Assembly: GCA_964291265.2 (NCBI GenBank) | Contig: OZ219747.1 | Coordinates: forward strand, 1,408,001-1,472,000 | Reading direction: 5' to 3' | Source: Alphaproteobacteria bacterium | Lineage (GTDB): Bacteria > Pseudomonadota > Alphaproteobacteria > SP197 | Length of the DNA stretch: 64,000 nt | Shown: positions 47,927 through 58,036 of the stretch, one piece after another | Layout: each line of letters starts with the position of its first letter | Position numbering within the stretch: position 1 is the stretch's first letter | Program-made: the position numbers and the translations under genes | The notes under the pieces: generated by a model | What the model saw: only the letters and a program-made list of their open reading frames with translations | Database searches by the model: none | What the model was told of the DNA's origin: nothing

Positions 47927-48113
47927 CCTTCGGCGGCCCCGGTGACCGCAACCAGCCGAAAAATGCCGGCAAACATGCGCGCCCCACAAGCGGCGCTGAC
48001 AGACGCGAAGCGAAGACGGCGGAAGGCGCACAGCATCGCCCGGGCCCTCAGTATCTGTCCGGCGTGTGCCGGGTCCACACGGTCGGCTGCATGTCGAGAT
48101 CGGCTCCAGTTCG

Positions 48114-48457
48114 GTAACTGCCCAGGTCTGATTTTGCCGAGTCCTGACGGGAGGTGGGTTGATGGTTCCGGTCTGGTGGCGCCGAGGAGGGATGTCAGAA
48201 GCGCAGTTTCGGTGTGCCAGCGAACTGGCAGAAGGTAGGGGGTGAAAGTCCTCTGTAACGAAGGAGTAACCAAACCACGTTTCTCCGCGAGCCGTGCGTC
48301 GGTTGCCGCGAGGGGGCAGGCGAAGCGTCGGTAGCGGTGCGGATGGGCAGGGCTAAGTCAAGCCGCGCAGGATCAACAACCCGACGGCACCAAAACAGCA
48401 TCCAACGCAACCAACGTCAACACAGACTCAGACCTGACGAGGTACCTAGGTAGTTAC
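48114..48457. mobile_element. Deleted IS66-type element (second lineage) enclosing an intron fragment
   Basis: GTAACTGCCCAGG ... CCTAGGTAGTTAC (11/13 inverted match); no TSD seen. Confidence 0.6.
48212..48356 (+). mobile_element. Group II intron 5' fragment
   Basis: GTGTGCCAG start; homologous to about 61806-61951. Confidence 0.9.
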
Positions 48458-48530
48458 TCCTCATGGGCCTTGACGCACGGCCTTGAGCAATGACTTAACG
48501 GTGTCCTGATGAAAGGATGGGGTGGGGAGC

Positions 48531-48606
<76 letters not shown>

Positions 48607-48657
48607 AATGGGAAACAACCTATGGACTGACGGTCGCGGACGCAAGACCGACGTCCG

Positions 48658-48891
48658 TCACACCTCGATCTCGGGGTTTTCCTCGACATCGTCGTCGGTA
48701 TCGAGTGTTGCATCCGCGTCATCGTCATCATGGACAACGTCGCCGTCCGGTGCGTCGGGCGGCGGACTGTCACCACTCATGGTGACGGCCGTCCCGCATC
48801 GGGGGCAGTGCGAAGGAAACAGGTTGAAGTCGTAGAACTTGACCAGGCATGCCGTGCAGACATGCTTGGTGCCCCATTCGGCCCTGGGCAT
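48658..48891 (-). CDS. TIGR02300 / FYDLN acid-domain protein
   Basis: WGTKHVCTAC-KFYDFN-CPRCG with an acidic tail; divergent from aroA. Confidence 0.85.
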   Translation of the reverse strand: MPRAEWGTKHVCTACLVKFYDFNLFPSHCPRCGTAVTMSGDSPPPDAPDGDVVHDDDDADATLDTDDDVEENPEIEV

Positions 48892-49039
48892 GGCGTCAAT
48901 TCCCGATCACGGTGATCAATTCAAGGCGGCAAGCCGGATATAGATTGAGTGCTCATCTGTCAAAGGGAAGGTTGCGCATGGCGTGGTCCGGATTGACGAT
49001 GCGCCCGAGCCCTTCGATACCGGGTGCCGGAGAGATGTC

Positions 49040-50383
49040 ATGAACCACCCGACACGGGCAGTCATCGCCCGCCCCCTGGCCCCGTTCACGGGCACCGCGC
49101 GCGTTCCCGGGGACAAGTCCATCTCGCACAGGGCGCTCATTATCGGGGCCCTGACGGTCGGCGAAACCACTGTCGAGGGAATGCTCGAGAGCGAGGATGT
49201 GCTGGCGACGGCTTCGGCGCTGCAGGCGATGGGCGCCCATGTCGAACGCGATGCGTGCGGCGTGTGGCGTATCAACGGGTGTGGCGTCTCGGGACTGAAG
49301 GAGGCCGATGACGTTCTCGACCTGGGGAACGCTGGCACCGGTGCGCGACTGCTTTGCGGGGTCGCGGCGGGACATACCTTCACCACGTTCCTATGTGGCG
49401 ACAGGTCGCTGTCGCGCCGGCCCATGGGCCGTGTCATCGAACCCCTGGAGGACATGGGAGCCCGGTTTCTCGGCCGCAGCGGCGGTCGCCTTCCCCTTGC
49501 CGTGACGGGCGGTGATCCCCTGTTGCCCCTTCACCATGAACTCCGGGTGCCCTCGGCGCAGGTCAAGTCGGCGGTGCTGCTGGCGGGCCTTCATGCACCG
49601 GGAACTACCACGGTGGTCGAGAGGACGCCGCTTCGCGATCACACCGAGCGTCTGCTGCGTGCCTTCGGAGCCTCCCTCGAGATCGTGCCGGGCGATGACG
49701 GCCGGCGGTCGATCAGCATCGCCGGACATGCGGAACTGGTTCCCGTCGATGTTCATGTTCCGGGAGATCCTTCATCGGCTGCCTTCCTCATTGGCCTCGG
49801 CGCAGCACTGCCCGGTGCGGCGCTGACCGTCAGACATGTCGGCATCAATCCGACACGAACCGGGTTCTTCGAGACCCTGGAAGACATGGGGGCGAACCTG
49901 ACCTTCAGCAGTCGCCGCGAGATGGCGGGCGAGCCCGTGGCCGACATCACGGTGGAGGGCACGATTCTCAAGGGAATCGAGGTGCCTGCGGAGCGGGCTC
50001 CTTCCATGATCGACGAATACCCCGTACTGGCAGTCATGGCGGCGACAGCCGAGGGTCCCACGGTCATGCGGGGTCTTGCCGAGCTTCGGGTCAAGGAAAG
50101 CGACCGACTCGCCGCCGCTGCCGCCGGTCTTGCGGCCAATGGCGTCAGGGTCGACGAGGAGAAGACCGGACTGGTGGTGCATGGCGTGGCCGGCCGACCC
50201 CCCGGAGGAGGCTCCGTTGCCGTGGAACTCGATCACCGGGTCGCCATGGCCTTCCTGGTGATGGGACTCCTGTCGCGCAACGGCGTGGCGATCGATGATG
50301 CCGGCGCCATCGCCACCAGTTTTCCGGGGTTCACCCAGCTCCTCGAGGGGCTGGGCGCGGAGTTCGGCGATTGGACGGGGTGA
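49040..50383 (+). CDS. aroA: 3-phosphoshikimate 1-carboxyvinyltransferase
   Basis: PGDKSISHR, GNAGTG, SAQVKS, RDHTE, LRVKESDR, DHRVAM. Confidence 0.97.
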   Translation: MNHPTRAVIARPLAPFTGTARVPGDKSISHRALIIGALTVGETTVEGMLESEDVLATASALQAMGAHVERDACGVWRINGCGVSGLKEADDVLDLGNAGTGARLLCGVAAGHTFTTFLCGDRSLSRRPMGRVIEPLEDMGARFLGRSGGRLPLAVTGGDPLLPLHHELRVPSAQVKSAVLLAGLHAPGTTTVVERTPLRDHTERLLRAFGASLEIVPGDDGRRSISIAGHAELVPVDVHVPGDPSSAAFLIGLGAALPGAALTVRHVGINPTRTGFFETLEDMGANLTFSSRREMAGEPVADITVEGTILKGIEVPAERAPSMIDEYPVLAVMAATAEGPTVMRGLAELRVKESDRLAAAAAGLAANGVRVDEEKTGLVVHGVAGRPPGGGSVAVELDHRVAMAFLVMGLLSRNGVAIDDAGAIATSFPGFTQLLEGLGAEFGDWTG

Positions 50384-51024
50384 TCGTGATCGCCGTCGAC
50401 GGACCTGTCGCCGCCGGCAAGGGCACGCTCGCTGGCGAGCTTGCGGTGCGCACAGGTCTGCGCCATCTCGACAGCGGCATGATCTACCGGGCCGTGGCCG
50501 CTCTCGTTCTCGAGGCCGGAGACGATGCCGGAGACGAGCAGGCGTGCACAAGGATGGCGGAACGTCTGGTCGCGGCGGATCTCGAGCGTCCGGGGCTGCG
50601 TGATCAGGAGATCGGTTCCATGGCCTCGCGCGTCGCTGCCCACCGCGATGTGCGCGGCGCTCTGGTGGAGTTCCAGCGCCGCTTTGGCAGGACGCCACCG
50701 GGGGCGGTCATTGACGGGCGCGACATCGGCACCGTTGTCTTTCCCGATGCCGACGTGAAGTTCTTCGTGACGGCTGATGTCCGGGCGCGGGCCGCAAGGC
50801 GTCACCGGGAACTGGTCTCCAGGGGCGAGGCGATCGACTTCGGCAGCGTGTTGCGGGAGCTCTCCGAAAGGGACCGCCGCGACAGCGAACGGACCTGGGC
50901 GCCATTGCGCCAGGCTGACGACGCCATCGTCATCGACACTACCGCGCTCGATGCCTCGGTGGCGGCGGAGAGGGCGCTTGACTTCATCCGCCGCCGCCCT
51001 GGGGCCGTGTCCGTTTTGAGTTGA
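50380..51024 (+). CDS. cmk: Cytidylate kinase
   Basis: DGPVAAGKGT, DSGMIYR, DGRDIGTVVFPDA. Confidence 0.95.
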   Translation: MIVIAVDGPVAAGKGTLAGELAVRTGLRHLDSGMIYRAVAALVLEAGDDAGDEQACTRMAERLVAADLERPGLRDQEIGSMASRVAAHRDVRGALVEFQRRFGRTPPGAVIDGRDIGTVVFPDADVKFFVTADVRARAARRHRELVSRGEAIDFGSVLRELSERDRRDSERTWAPLRQADDAIVIDTTALDASVAAERALDFIRRRPGAVSVLS

Positions 51025-51169
51025 AGATGGCTCCGGCTGGCGCTATACGGGCGCCGCCACATGTGGAACAGACCCGCGTGGCGACCTCCGTCTCGCCGCG
51101 GCGAAATCCCACAGCGGAGGCACTGGAAGCGCAACCTCCAGCTTCCGGAAATCCAAGGAAATCAGCACC

Positions 51170-52951
51170 ATGACGCACGACATGAGCACGGCGCCCGACG
51201 CGCCCGCTTCCACCACGTCCGCAGGAGAAGAGAGTTTTGCGGATCTTTTCAACGAGTTCCTTGAACGCGTCAACATCGTCGAAGGGGCGGTGACGAGCGG
51301 AACCGTTCTCGACATCCAGGGTGACCTGGTGCTGATCGATGTCGGGCTCAAGGCCGAAGGACGGGTGCCGCTTCGCGAATTCAACACGGCCGGAGGCGAG
51401 CCTTCCGTGGCTGTCGGCGACAAGGTCGAGGTTTTCGTCGAACGGCTGGAGAACAACCAGGGCGAAACGGTCCTTTCCCGGGAGAAGGCCCAGCGCGAGG
51501 AAGTCTGGAACCAGCTCGAGGCGGCCTTTGCAACCGGAGACCGCGTCAAGGGGTACATCTACCAGCGGGTCAAGGGCGGCTTCACCATCAATCTCGGTGG
51601 CGCCTTCGCCTTCCTGCCCGGCAGCCAGATCGACATCCGCCCGGTTCGCGACGTGACACCGCTCATGGGCGAGGAGCACGAATTCCGCATCCTCAAGATG
51701 GATCGTCGGCGCAGCAACATCGTGGTCTCCCGGCGTTCGGTTCTCGAGGACGAGCGCGCCGATCAGCGTGCCGAACTGATCGCCGGTCTCGCCGAAGGCC
51801 AGGTGCTCGACGGCGTGGTCAAGAACATAACCGACTACGGCGCCTTCGTCGATCTCGGCGGACTTGACGGACTGCTTCACGTGACGGACATATCTTGGCG
51901 GCGCATCAATCACCCCACCGAGGCCGTCGCCATCGGTCAGACCGTGCGCGTCCAGGTGATTCGCTTCAACCCGGAGAACCAGCGCATTTCACTGGGCATG
52001 AAGCAGCTCGAGACGGATCCCTGGGAGGGCGTGGGCGCCAAGTATCCGATCGGAACCCGGTTCACGGGGCGCATCACCAACATCACCGACTACGGCGCCT
52101 TCGTGGAACTCGAACCCGGTGTGGAGGGCCTCGTCCACGTCTCGGAAATGAGCTGGACCCGCAAGAACATTCATCCCGGCAAGATCGCCTCGACCAGCCA
52201 GGAAGTCGAGGTCGAGATCCTTGATGTGGATGCCGGCAAGCGCCGCATCAGTCTTGGCATCAAGCAGACCCAGAGCAATCCCTGGGAGATCTTCCTGCTC
52301 GAACACCCGGTCGGCAGCGAAGTCGAGGGCGAGGTGCGCAACATCGCCGAATTCGGTCTCTTCATCAACATTGGTGGCGACCTCGACGGCATGGTGCATA
52401 TGTCCGATCTTTCCTGGCAACAGAACGCCGACGAGGAGATCGCGAAGTACCACAAGGGCGATCAGGTCAGGGCCAAGGTTCTCGATGTCGATGTCGACAA
52501 GGAACGCATCAGTCTCGGGATCAAGCAGCTTGAACCCGACCCCTATGCCGGTGCCATGGATGGCATTTCGCGGAACTCCGTCGTCACCTGCACGGTGGCC
52601 CGGGTGGTGGACGGTGGTATCGAGGTGATGATCAACGGAGTCGTTCCGGGCATAGTCCGCAAGGCCGAACTCGCTCGCGACCGCAGCGATCAGCGGCCGG
52701 ACCGCTTTGCCCCCGGAGACAGGCTGGATGCCAAGGTGACCAACATCGACAAGGCGTCCCACCGCGTCTCCCTTTCGGTCAAGGCCTTGGAAATCGAGGA
52801 AGAAAAGAAGGCGATGGAGGCGTATGGCTCAACGGACAGCGGCGCCACCCTGGGTGATATTCTTGGTGCGGCCCTGTCGGCCCGCCATGCCGACTCCGAC
52901 GACGGCGGGGAAAGCAAGGCGAGCGAGGACGACAGGGAGTCCGGATCCTGA
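51170..52951 (+). CDS. rpsA: 30S ribosomal protein S1
   Basis: Repeated S1 domains (NITDYGAFVDLGG, GLVHVSEMSW), ATLGDILG. Confidence 0.98.
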   Translation: MTHDMSTAPDAPASTTSAGEESFADLFNEFLERVNIVEGAVTSGTVLDIQGDLVLIDVGLKAEGRVPLREFNTAGGEPSVAVGDKVEVFVERLENNQGETVLSREKAQREEVWNQLEAAFATGDRVKGYIYQRVKGGFTINLGGAFAFLPGSQIDIRPVRDVTPLMGEEHEFRILKMDRRRSNIVVSRRSVLEDERADQRAELIAGLAEGQVLDGVVKNITDYGAFVDLGGLDGLLHVTDISWRRINHPTEAVAIGQTVRVQVIRFNPENQRISLGMKQLETDPWEGVGAKYPIGTRFTGRITNITDYGAFVELEPGVEGLVHVSEMSWTRKNIHPGKIASTSQEVEVEILDVDAGKRRISLGIKQTQSNPWEIFLLEHPVGSEVEGEVRNIAEFGLFINIGGDLDGMVHMSDLSWQQNADEEIAKYHKGDQVRAKVLDVDVDKERISLGIKQLEPDPYAGAMDGISRNSVVTCTVARVVDGGIEVMINGVVPGIVRKAELARDRSDQRPDRFAPGDRLDAKVTNIDKASHRVSLSVKALEIEEEKKAMEAYGSTDSGATLGDILGAALSARHADSDDGGESKASEDDRESGS

Positions 52952-53013
52952 GCCAGACTGCCGCTGTCAGCCGAAGCTCCGTCACTGCAAGGTTTCTCGA
53001 GGGGTTTCCTGCG

Positions 53014-53637
53014 GTGATGGAGGGAGCCACGGGCTCGGAACTCCAGCGTCGCGGCGCCTGTCTCTCTTGCGGGGTCAGCAGTCCAGGCGTGCCCGGCTCA
53101 TGGTCGGCAGACCATGCGGAACGCACCCGACGTCGTGCGCGCTGTGCACAAGGTCTGTTTCGGCATCGGATGCAACATCATCACCACGAACGGATTCTGG
53201 ACGAGTACCGTCAAGCCGGGACAGACGGGTCTCGGGGACAAGGCGGAGGTCTGCACGCGCCTCGCCGGTGACATGACGGTCGAAGGCGCGGGACCGGTTG
53301 CACCCCGGTGCCTGGGTCGCCCGAGGCATGGCTCGTCCCCACGGCGGCATGCCCTGATTCCGGTCGACGTGCAATGACCTGCCTCGGGAGTTCGTCATGC
53401 AGGCACGTCATCTTGCAGCCACCGACATGGACCTGATCCTTGTCGAGTGTGTCGGTCGGATCGAGGACTGTGTCAATTCCGTGGATGCTGTCAGCGGAGC
53501 AGGATAAGCCGGTGATGTCGAGCCTGCGCCACGTGGCCATGGACGGCTCCATGCAGCACGGCAAGCACCTTGCCGACCTCCACGCGGAACTTGGCAACCG
53601 CGATGTCCCGGCGGTCCGCGACCTCGTTCTCCGGTGA
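53014..53637 (+). pseudogene. Homocysteine S-methyltransferase family pseudogene
   Basis: Fragments in different frames: MEGATGSELQRRG...WSA, PDVVRAVH...GCNIITTNGF, DLILVE. Confidence 0.65.
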
Positions 53638-53660
53638 GCCGCGCGCCGGCATCGAGGGGA

Positions 53661-54293
53661 TCAGGCCGGTGCGAAGGGCTTTACTTCGTGGCGCTCGAGG
53701 AGTGCCGCCATGGCCGGACGTGCCTGGATGCGCCTGACGATGGCGCCGACGTGCTTCTCGCGGGTGATCATGACGTGACAGTCCCAGTGCATGGCAGCCT
53801 GGACGAGAAGGAGGATGTCGGCTGTCGAGAAGCGTTCCCCGACCAGCCATGTCCGACCGGTCACGCTGGCATCGATCTGCCGCCACAGGTCATCGGCATT
53901 GCGCCGCGCCGCCTGGCGCACGCCATCGATACCGTCAGGTGCCGTCGTGTACCAGTCCGCGTGGTATTCGTTGGCCACCGTCGGGTGGACCACGGAACCC
54001 AGCCAGACCATCCACTGGTACCACCGGGCGCGTTCCCGGCTCCCCGGCGGCGGGGCAAGGCCCGCCTCATCGTGCCTGTCGGCAAGATGCATGGCGATGG
54101 CGGAGCCCTCGTAGATGACGAGGTCCCCGTCGACGAGCGTCGGAACCATGCCATCAGGACGGAGTTCGAGATACGCGGGATCCGTTGAACGTCCGTCGGG
54201 CAGCGTCACCGTCTCGTAAGGAACGCCGATCTCGTCGAGCGTGCCTTCGGGGACCATGGACATGGTGAAGGGTTTGCCGTAGAGGCGATACAT
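53661..54293 (-). CDS. Glutathione S-transferase family protein
   Basis: YLELRPDGMVPTL, EGSAI, GERFSTADI. Confidence 0.88.
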   Translation of the reverse strand: MYRLYGKPFTMSMVPEGTLDEIGVPYETVTLPDGRSTDPAYLELRPDGMVPTLVDGDLVIYEGSAIAMHLADRHDEAGLAPPPGSRERARWYQWMVWLGSVVHPTVANEYHADWYTTAPDGIDGVRQAARRNADDLWRQIDASVTGRTWLVGERFSTADILLLVQAAMHWDCHVMITREKHVGAIVRRIQARPAMAALLERHEVKPFAPA

Positions 54294-54328
54294 GTGCAGT
54301 TCTCCTGTTCGTCCAGAGGGCCCAGACG

Positions 54329-55222
54329 TTGCCGATCATCGATGCTGATGGAACCGGGATCTACGTCGAATGTCACGGAGATCCTGACGGAACGCCCATT
54401 CTGCTCGTCAGGGGACTCGGATCCCAGATCATTCACTGGCCCGATGCGATGATCGGCTGTTTCGTGGACCACGGCATGTGCGTCATCGTGCCCGACAACC
54501 GTGACGCCGGGCTGTCGCAGAAGTTCGATGACCTCGAAACGATCCCTGCCGACGAGATCCTTCGCCGCGAAGCCGAAGGCATTCCCGTCGAGGCGCCCTA
54601 CTCCATCGGGGACATGGTCTGCGATCACGTTGGTGTCCTTGATCACTTCGGCATGGCCCGTGCCAACATCTTCGGTGTTTCCATGGGCGGCATGATCGTG
54701 CAGAGCATGGCCGTGACACACCCCGAGAGAGTGATCACCATGACCTCGGTCATGTCGTCGTCCGGCAATCCGGAACTTCCGCCGATGGCGCCCGAGGTGC
54801 AGCGCCTGCTGCTCGCTTCTCCCGATGATCCCGATGACCGTGACTCGGTCATCGACTTCACGCTTGCCTGTGACCGGATCTGGGGGAGTCCGGGGTATCC
54901 CTTCGACGAGAACGAGAGGGCGGACCTCATCGGCCGGGCGTTCGACCGCTGCTACACGCCTTCGGGGGTTCTGCGCCAGTATCTTGCCGTGCGCCGGGAC
55001 GGCTCACGGGTCGAGCGTCTGCGGACGATCGGCGTCCCGAGCCTGGTCATCCACGGCACCGATGACACCCTGCTGTCGATTGAACACGGGCGCGATACTG
55101 CGGCCAGCATTCCCGGCTGCGTCATCATCGAGATCCCCGGCATGGGTCATGATCTTGAGGGCGAACTCGGCCCGATGATCGCCGGGTTCACGGCGCACCA
55201 CGCGCGGACGAGAGGGGAGTGA
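54329..55222 (+). CDS. Alpha/beta hydrolase
   Basis: DNRDAGLS, GVSMGG, HGTDD, GMGHD. Confidence 0.9.
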   Translation: MPIIDADGTGIYVECHGDPDGTPILLVRGLGSQIIHWPDAMIGCFVDHGMCVIVPDNRDAGLSQKFDDLETIPADEILRREAEGIPVEAPYSIGDMVCDHVGVLDHFGMARANIFGVSMGGMIVQSMAVTHPERVITMTSVMSSSGNPELPPMAPEVQRLLLASPDDPDDRDSVIDFTLACDRIWGSPGYPFDENERADLIGRAFDRCYTPSGVLRQYLAVRRDGSRVERLRTIGVPSLVIHGTDDTLLSIEHGRDTAASIPGCVIIEIPGMGHDLEGELGPMIAGFTAHHARTRGE

Positions 55223-55231
55223 CCGATCAGG

Positions 55232-55307
55232 TGGTGCCCAGGGGCGGAATCGAACCACCGACACCATGATTTTCAGTCATGTGCTCTACCAACTGAGCTA
55301 CCTGGGC
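55232..55307 (-). tRNA. tRNA-Phe(GAA)
   Basis: Reverse complement GCCCAGGTAGCTCAG...CATGA-CTGAAAA-TCATG...GGTTCGATT...GGGCACCA, 76 nt. Confidence 0.97.
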
Positions 55308-55351
55308 ACCTTCGGTGGGCGCTTGATACAGAATTCACCGGACATTGTCCA

Positions 55352-55558
55352 TCACGTTTGCCCGTGCCCCCCCTGCGTTTCGGCATCGCCGTCCCCTGCA
55401 GACAGGGGGTTCGTCGGCTCGCCTTCTATCACGTAGGGCGGCGCAGCACCGATCCAGTGCGCCAGGTCCTGCATGCTGCAGCGCCGGGAGCAGAACGGGG
55501 CATGGCGCGTGTCCGTTGTTGTCGGCCTGGCGCACACGGGGCATCGCCGGTCGGTCAT
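55352..55558 (-). CDS. yacG: DNA gyrase inhibitor YacG
   Basis: CPVC...PFCSRRC-DL-W. Confidence 0.88.
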   Translation of the reverse strand: MTDRRCPVCARPTTTDTRHAPFCSRRCSMQDLAHWIGAAPPYVIEGEPTNPLSAGDGDAETQGGHGQT

Positions 55559-56154
55559 GACGACGGTGTCAGGCCATGGCCGGCAAGCAGGCCCGCCGTT
55601 TCGTAGAGACCAAGTCCGACGACGTTGCTGTAGGAGCCGTTCAGCCGGCGCACGAAGGCCGCCGCCCTTCCCTGGATGGCGTAGGCTCCGGCTTTGCCGC
55701 GCCAGTCGTCGCTGGCGAGATAGGAATCGATTTCGTCAACCGACAGACGCTTGAAGGCGACGCGGGTGACGACAAGGCGCGAACGTGCGGCGCCGGAGAC
55801 GAAGAGGCAGATTCCGCCGTAGACCATGTGGCTGCGACCGGACAGCCGCTCGAGGCAGGCCCGTGCCTGCAGAGCGTCCGCCGGCTTGGGCAGGACCCGC
55901 CGGCCGCAGGCCACCACCGTATCGGCGGCGAGGACGGCGGCGCCGGGATGCAAGCGGGCGACGGTGAGAGCCTTATCCCGGGAAAGGCGGGCCGCCAGCT
56001 GCCGCGGCAGCTCTCCCTTGCGCGGCGCTTCCAGGATATCGGCCGGTACGGTCTTGTCTGGAACCACACCGATCTGTGCCAGGAGCTCCAGGCGGCGCGG
56101 CGATGCCGAAGCCAGAATGAAGGGCATGTCAGGAGGCCTGGTTGATGTTGTCAC
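55555..56154 (-). CDS. maf: Maf family nucleotide pyrophosphatase
   Basis: ILASASPRR, AADTVV, GKAGAYAIQG, GSYSNVVGL; start may be 56127. Confidence 0.93.
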   Translation of the reverse strand: MTTSTRPPDMPFILASASPRRLELLAQIGVVPDKTVPADILEAPRKGELPRQLAARLSRDKALTVARLHPGAAVLAADTVVACGRRVLPKPADALQARACLERLSGRSHMVYGGICLFVSGAARSRLVVTRVAFKRLSVDEIDSYLASDDWRGKAGAYAIQGRAAAFVRRLNGSYSNVVGLGLYETAGLLAGHGLTPSS

Positions 56155-56158
56155 GTCT

Positions 56159-56611
56159 TCAGATGGCGCTGAGCGATGTCGGGGGAAAGCGCTCGCCGAT
56201 ACGTTGTCGAATGTGGTCGCGGACGCCTCGGAAGGCGTCGAGGATCATGTTCCTGTTGCCCTCGATGGCAACCGGATCGAATGTCATCCAGTACTCCACG
56301 TCGAGTGCGGCAAAGCGGGTGAGTTCGACGGCCCGGTGCTGCGCCTCGGGTGACATGGTGATGACCAGGTCGAAACTCTCGGTGCCGTCTTCGATGTCAT
56401 CGAAGGTCTTGGGCCGGTGACCGGACATGTCGATGCCCATTTCCGCCATGACCTCGATCATGAAGGGGTTGGCGGCCCCGGCCGGGCGCACGCCGACCGA
56501 ATCGATGAAGATGCTGTGACCATAGAGGCTTTTCATGAGTCCTTCGGCCATGGGGGACCGCACGGCATTGTAGTTGCATGCGAAGAGCACGGCACCCGGC
56601 ATGTCGGCCAT
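56159..56611 (-). CDS. Low-molecular-weight phosphatase / ArsC-like protein
   Basis: VLFACNYNAVRSPMAE (CX5R), DP motif. Confidence 0.87.
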   Translation of the reverse strand: MADMPGAVLFACNYNAVRSPMAEGLMKSLYGHSIFIDSVGVRPAGAANPFMIEVMAEMGIDMSGHRPKTFDDIEDGTESFDLVITMSPEAQHRAVELTRFAALDVEYWMTFDPVAIEGNRNMILDAFRGVRDHIRQRIGERFPPTSLSAI

Positions 56612-56615
56612 GCCG

Positions 56616-57107
56616 TCAGCTCCGGATATGCAGGACGCAGAGCAGGGTAAAGAGACGTCTCGATGTCTCGATGTCAATCGTCACGCGCTTGTCGAGGGTT
56701 TCGCGCAGCAGTGCCGCGCCCTCGTCATGGAGACTGCGGCGCCCCATGTCGAGTGCTTCGATACGCGATGGAGGCGCGCTCTTGATCGCCTCGAAGTAGC
56801 TTTCGCACACCGTGAAATAGTCCTTCACGATCCGCCGAAAGGACTTGATCGGCATGGTGACTTCGCCAAGAGGCCGGTCCTTCTCGTCACCAATTCCGAA
56901 TACCAGGCTGCGGCCGTCCCTGACCGCAAGACACACACGGTAGGGTCCCGGTTGCAGCCCCGCCGGTTCAAAGTGATTGGACTCCAGGAGGTCGTAGATG
57001 GCCACGGCCATCTCGTGTTCGACCTCGGTGCTGCGCCGCACCACCAACCGGTCATCGAGCTGGATATCGCTGATGCGGAAGCGGATGTCGCCGTCGCTGG
57101 CTGTCAT
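56616..57107 (-). CDS. UPF0262 family protein
   Basis: VEHE-VAIYDLLE-N-F, KDYF-CESY, IEALDMGRR, RRLFTL. Confidence 0.88.
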   Translation of the reverse strand: MTASDGDIRFRISDIQLDDRLVVRRSTEVEHEMAVAIYDLLESNHFEPAGLQPGPYRVCLAVRDGRSLVFGIGDEKDRPLGEVTMPIKSFRRIVKDYFTVCESYFEAIKSAPPSRIEALDMGRRSLHDEGAALLRETLDKRVTIDIETSRRLFTLLCVLHIRS

Positions 57108-57479
57108 GACCGGAACAAGACGAAGGTCATGGGCGCCGTTCGGTTGCGCGGCATGTTGCGGTCATGCACCACCATGGCCTACACACTACCGGCAGTTCCG
57201 CCGCCGGTTCAATCGGTCAGTCCGGCATTCCCCGTCCACACTCCAAGGCCCCGTGACCGACGCTCGCGACCGCCACGTCGACGCGACGCCGTGGCCGAAC
57301 TGCGCGCGCTGCAGGACGACCTGGCGTGATTTCTCCGAGACCCTCTGTGACACGGCTTGCGGAGAACATCGAGGCACTCGAGGAGATCGAGCCGCCACGC
57401 GGCTTGTGGGCGCTACGCTACACGGGATCCCTGTCAGACCCCTGAACGCGTTATCGTCCAGGGATGATGACGCCTTGCT

Positions 57480-57700
57480 CTGTCGCGGCTGCGATGCCGG
57501 AGATCATCGGACCGTCGGCAAGGAACGTCTTCCTGGGCCGCGGCGTCAACGCGTCGCCCCGGGCCGAAGGATGGCTGGCAATGCGCTTGGCACACATCGG
57601 TCAGCCGGATGCGGGGGGCGACGCCCTGCATCCGGCACGTGGCCAGCAGGCCGTTGATGATGCCGATGTTCTCGGCGCCGAGACCCGTGTCGTCGAGGCG
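57480..57700 (-). pseudogene. IS66 transposase C-terminal remnant
   Basis: GAENIGIINGLLATCRMQGV-P resembles the IS66 TnpC C-terminal domain; bounds approximate. Confidence 0.6.
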
Positions 57701-58036
57701 GTGAAGACGGTGAGGGAGCGCCATCGCGGCAACCATGGAAGGAGGAACCGCACCGTTGCCTTCCCCATCACAGGCACGGCCGCTGACAGCATCGAGGACC
57801 AGGCAAGGCGCCGTCGCTCGTGGCGTCGGATGACTCCGGAGTGTGGGGGTGTGTGCAGCAGTCCCATTCTCCACCAGTTCCACCGGTTGGGCGTGGCATC
57901 CTCGGTCACGAACCGCAGGTCGCGCCGGTCGGCGCACAGCCGTTCGAGATCGCCGCGCGTCCCCCCGGCGCGGCGCCTGCCGACGGCACCCTGTCGATGG
58001 TGCCGTCGGCCCGGACTGGGCGAGGCTGCCCGCGGG

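Noticed and set aside
48173-48187. att-site duplicate of the tRNA-Ala 3' end (CTGGTGGCGCCGAGG vs CTGGTGGAGCCGAGG)
   Set aside because: 14/15 match but short, GC-rich, only about 350 bp from the tRNA and with no adjacent integrase; could be chance.
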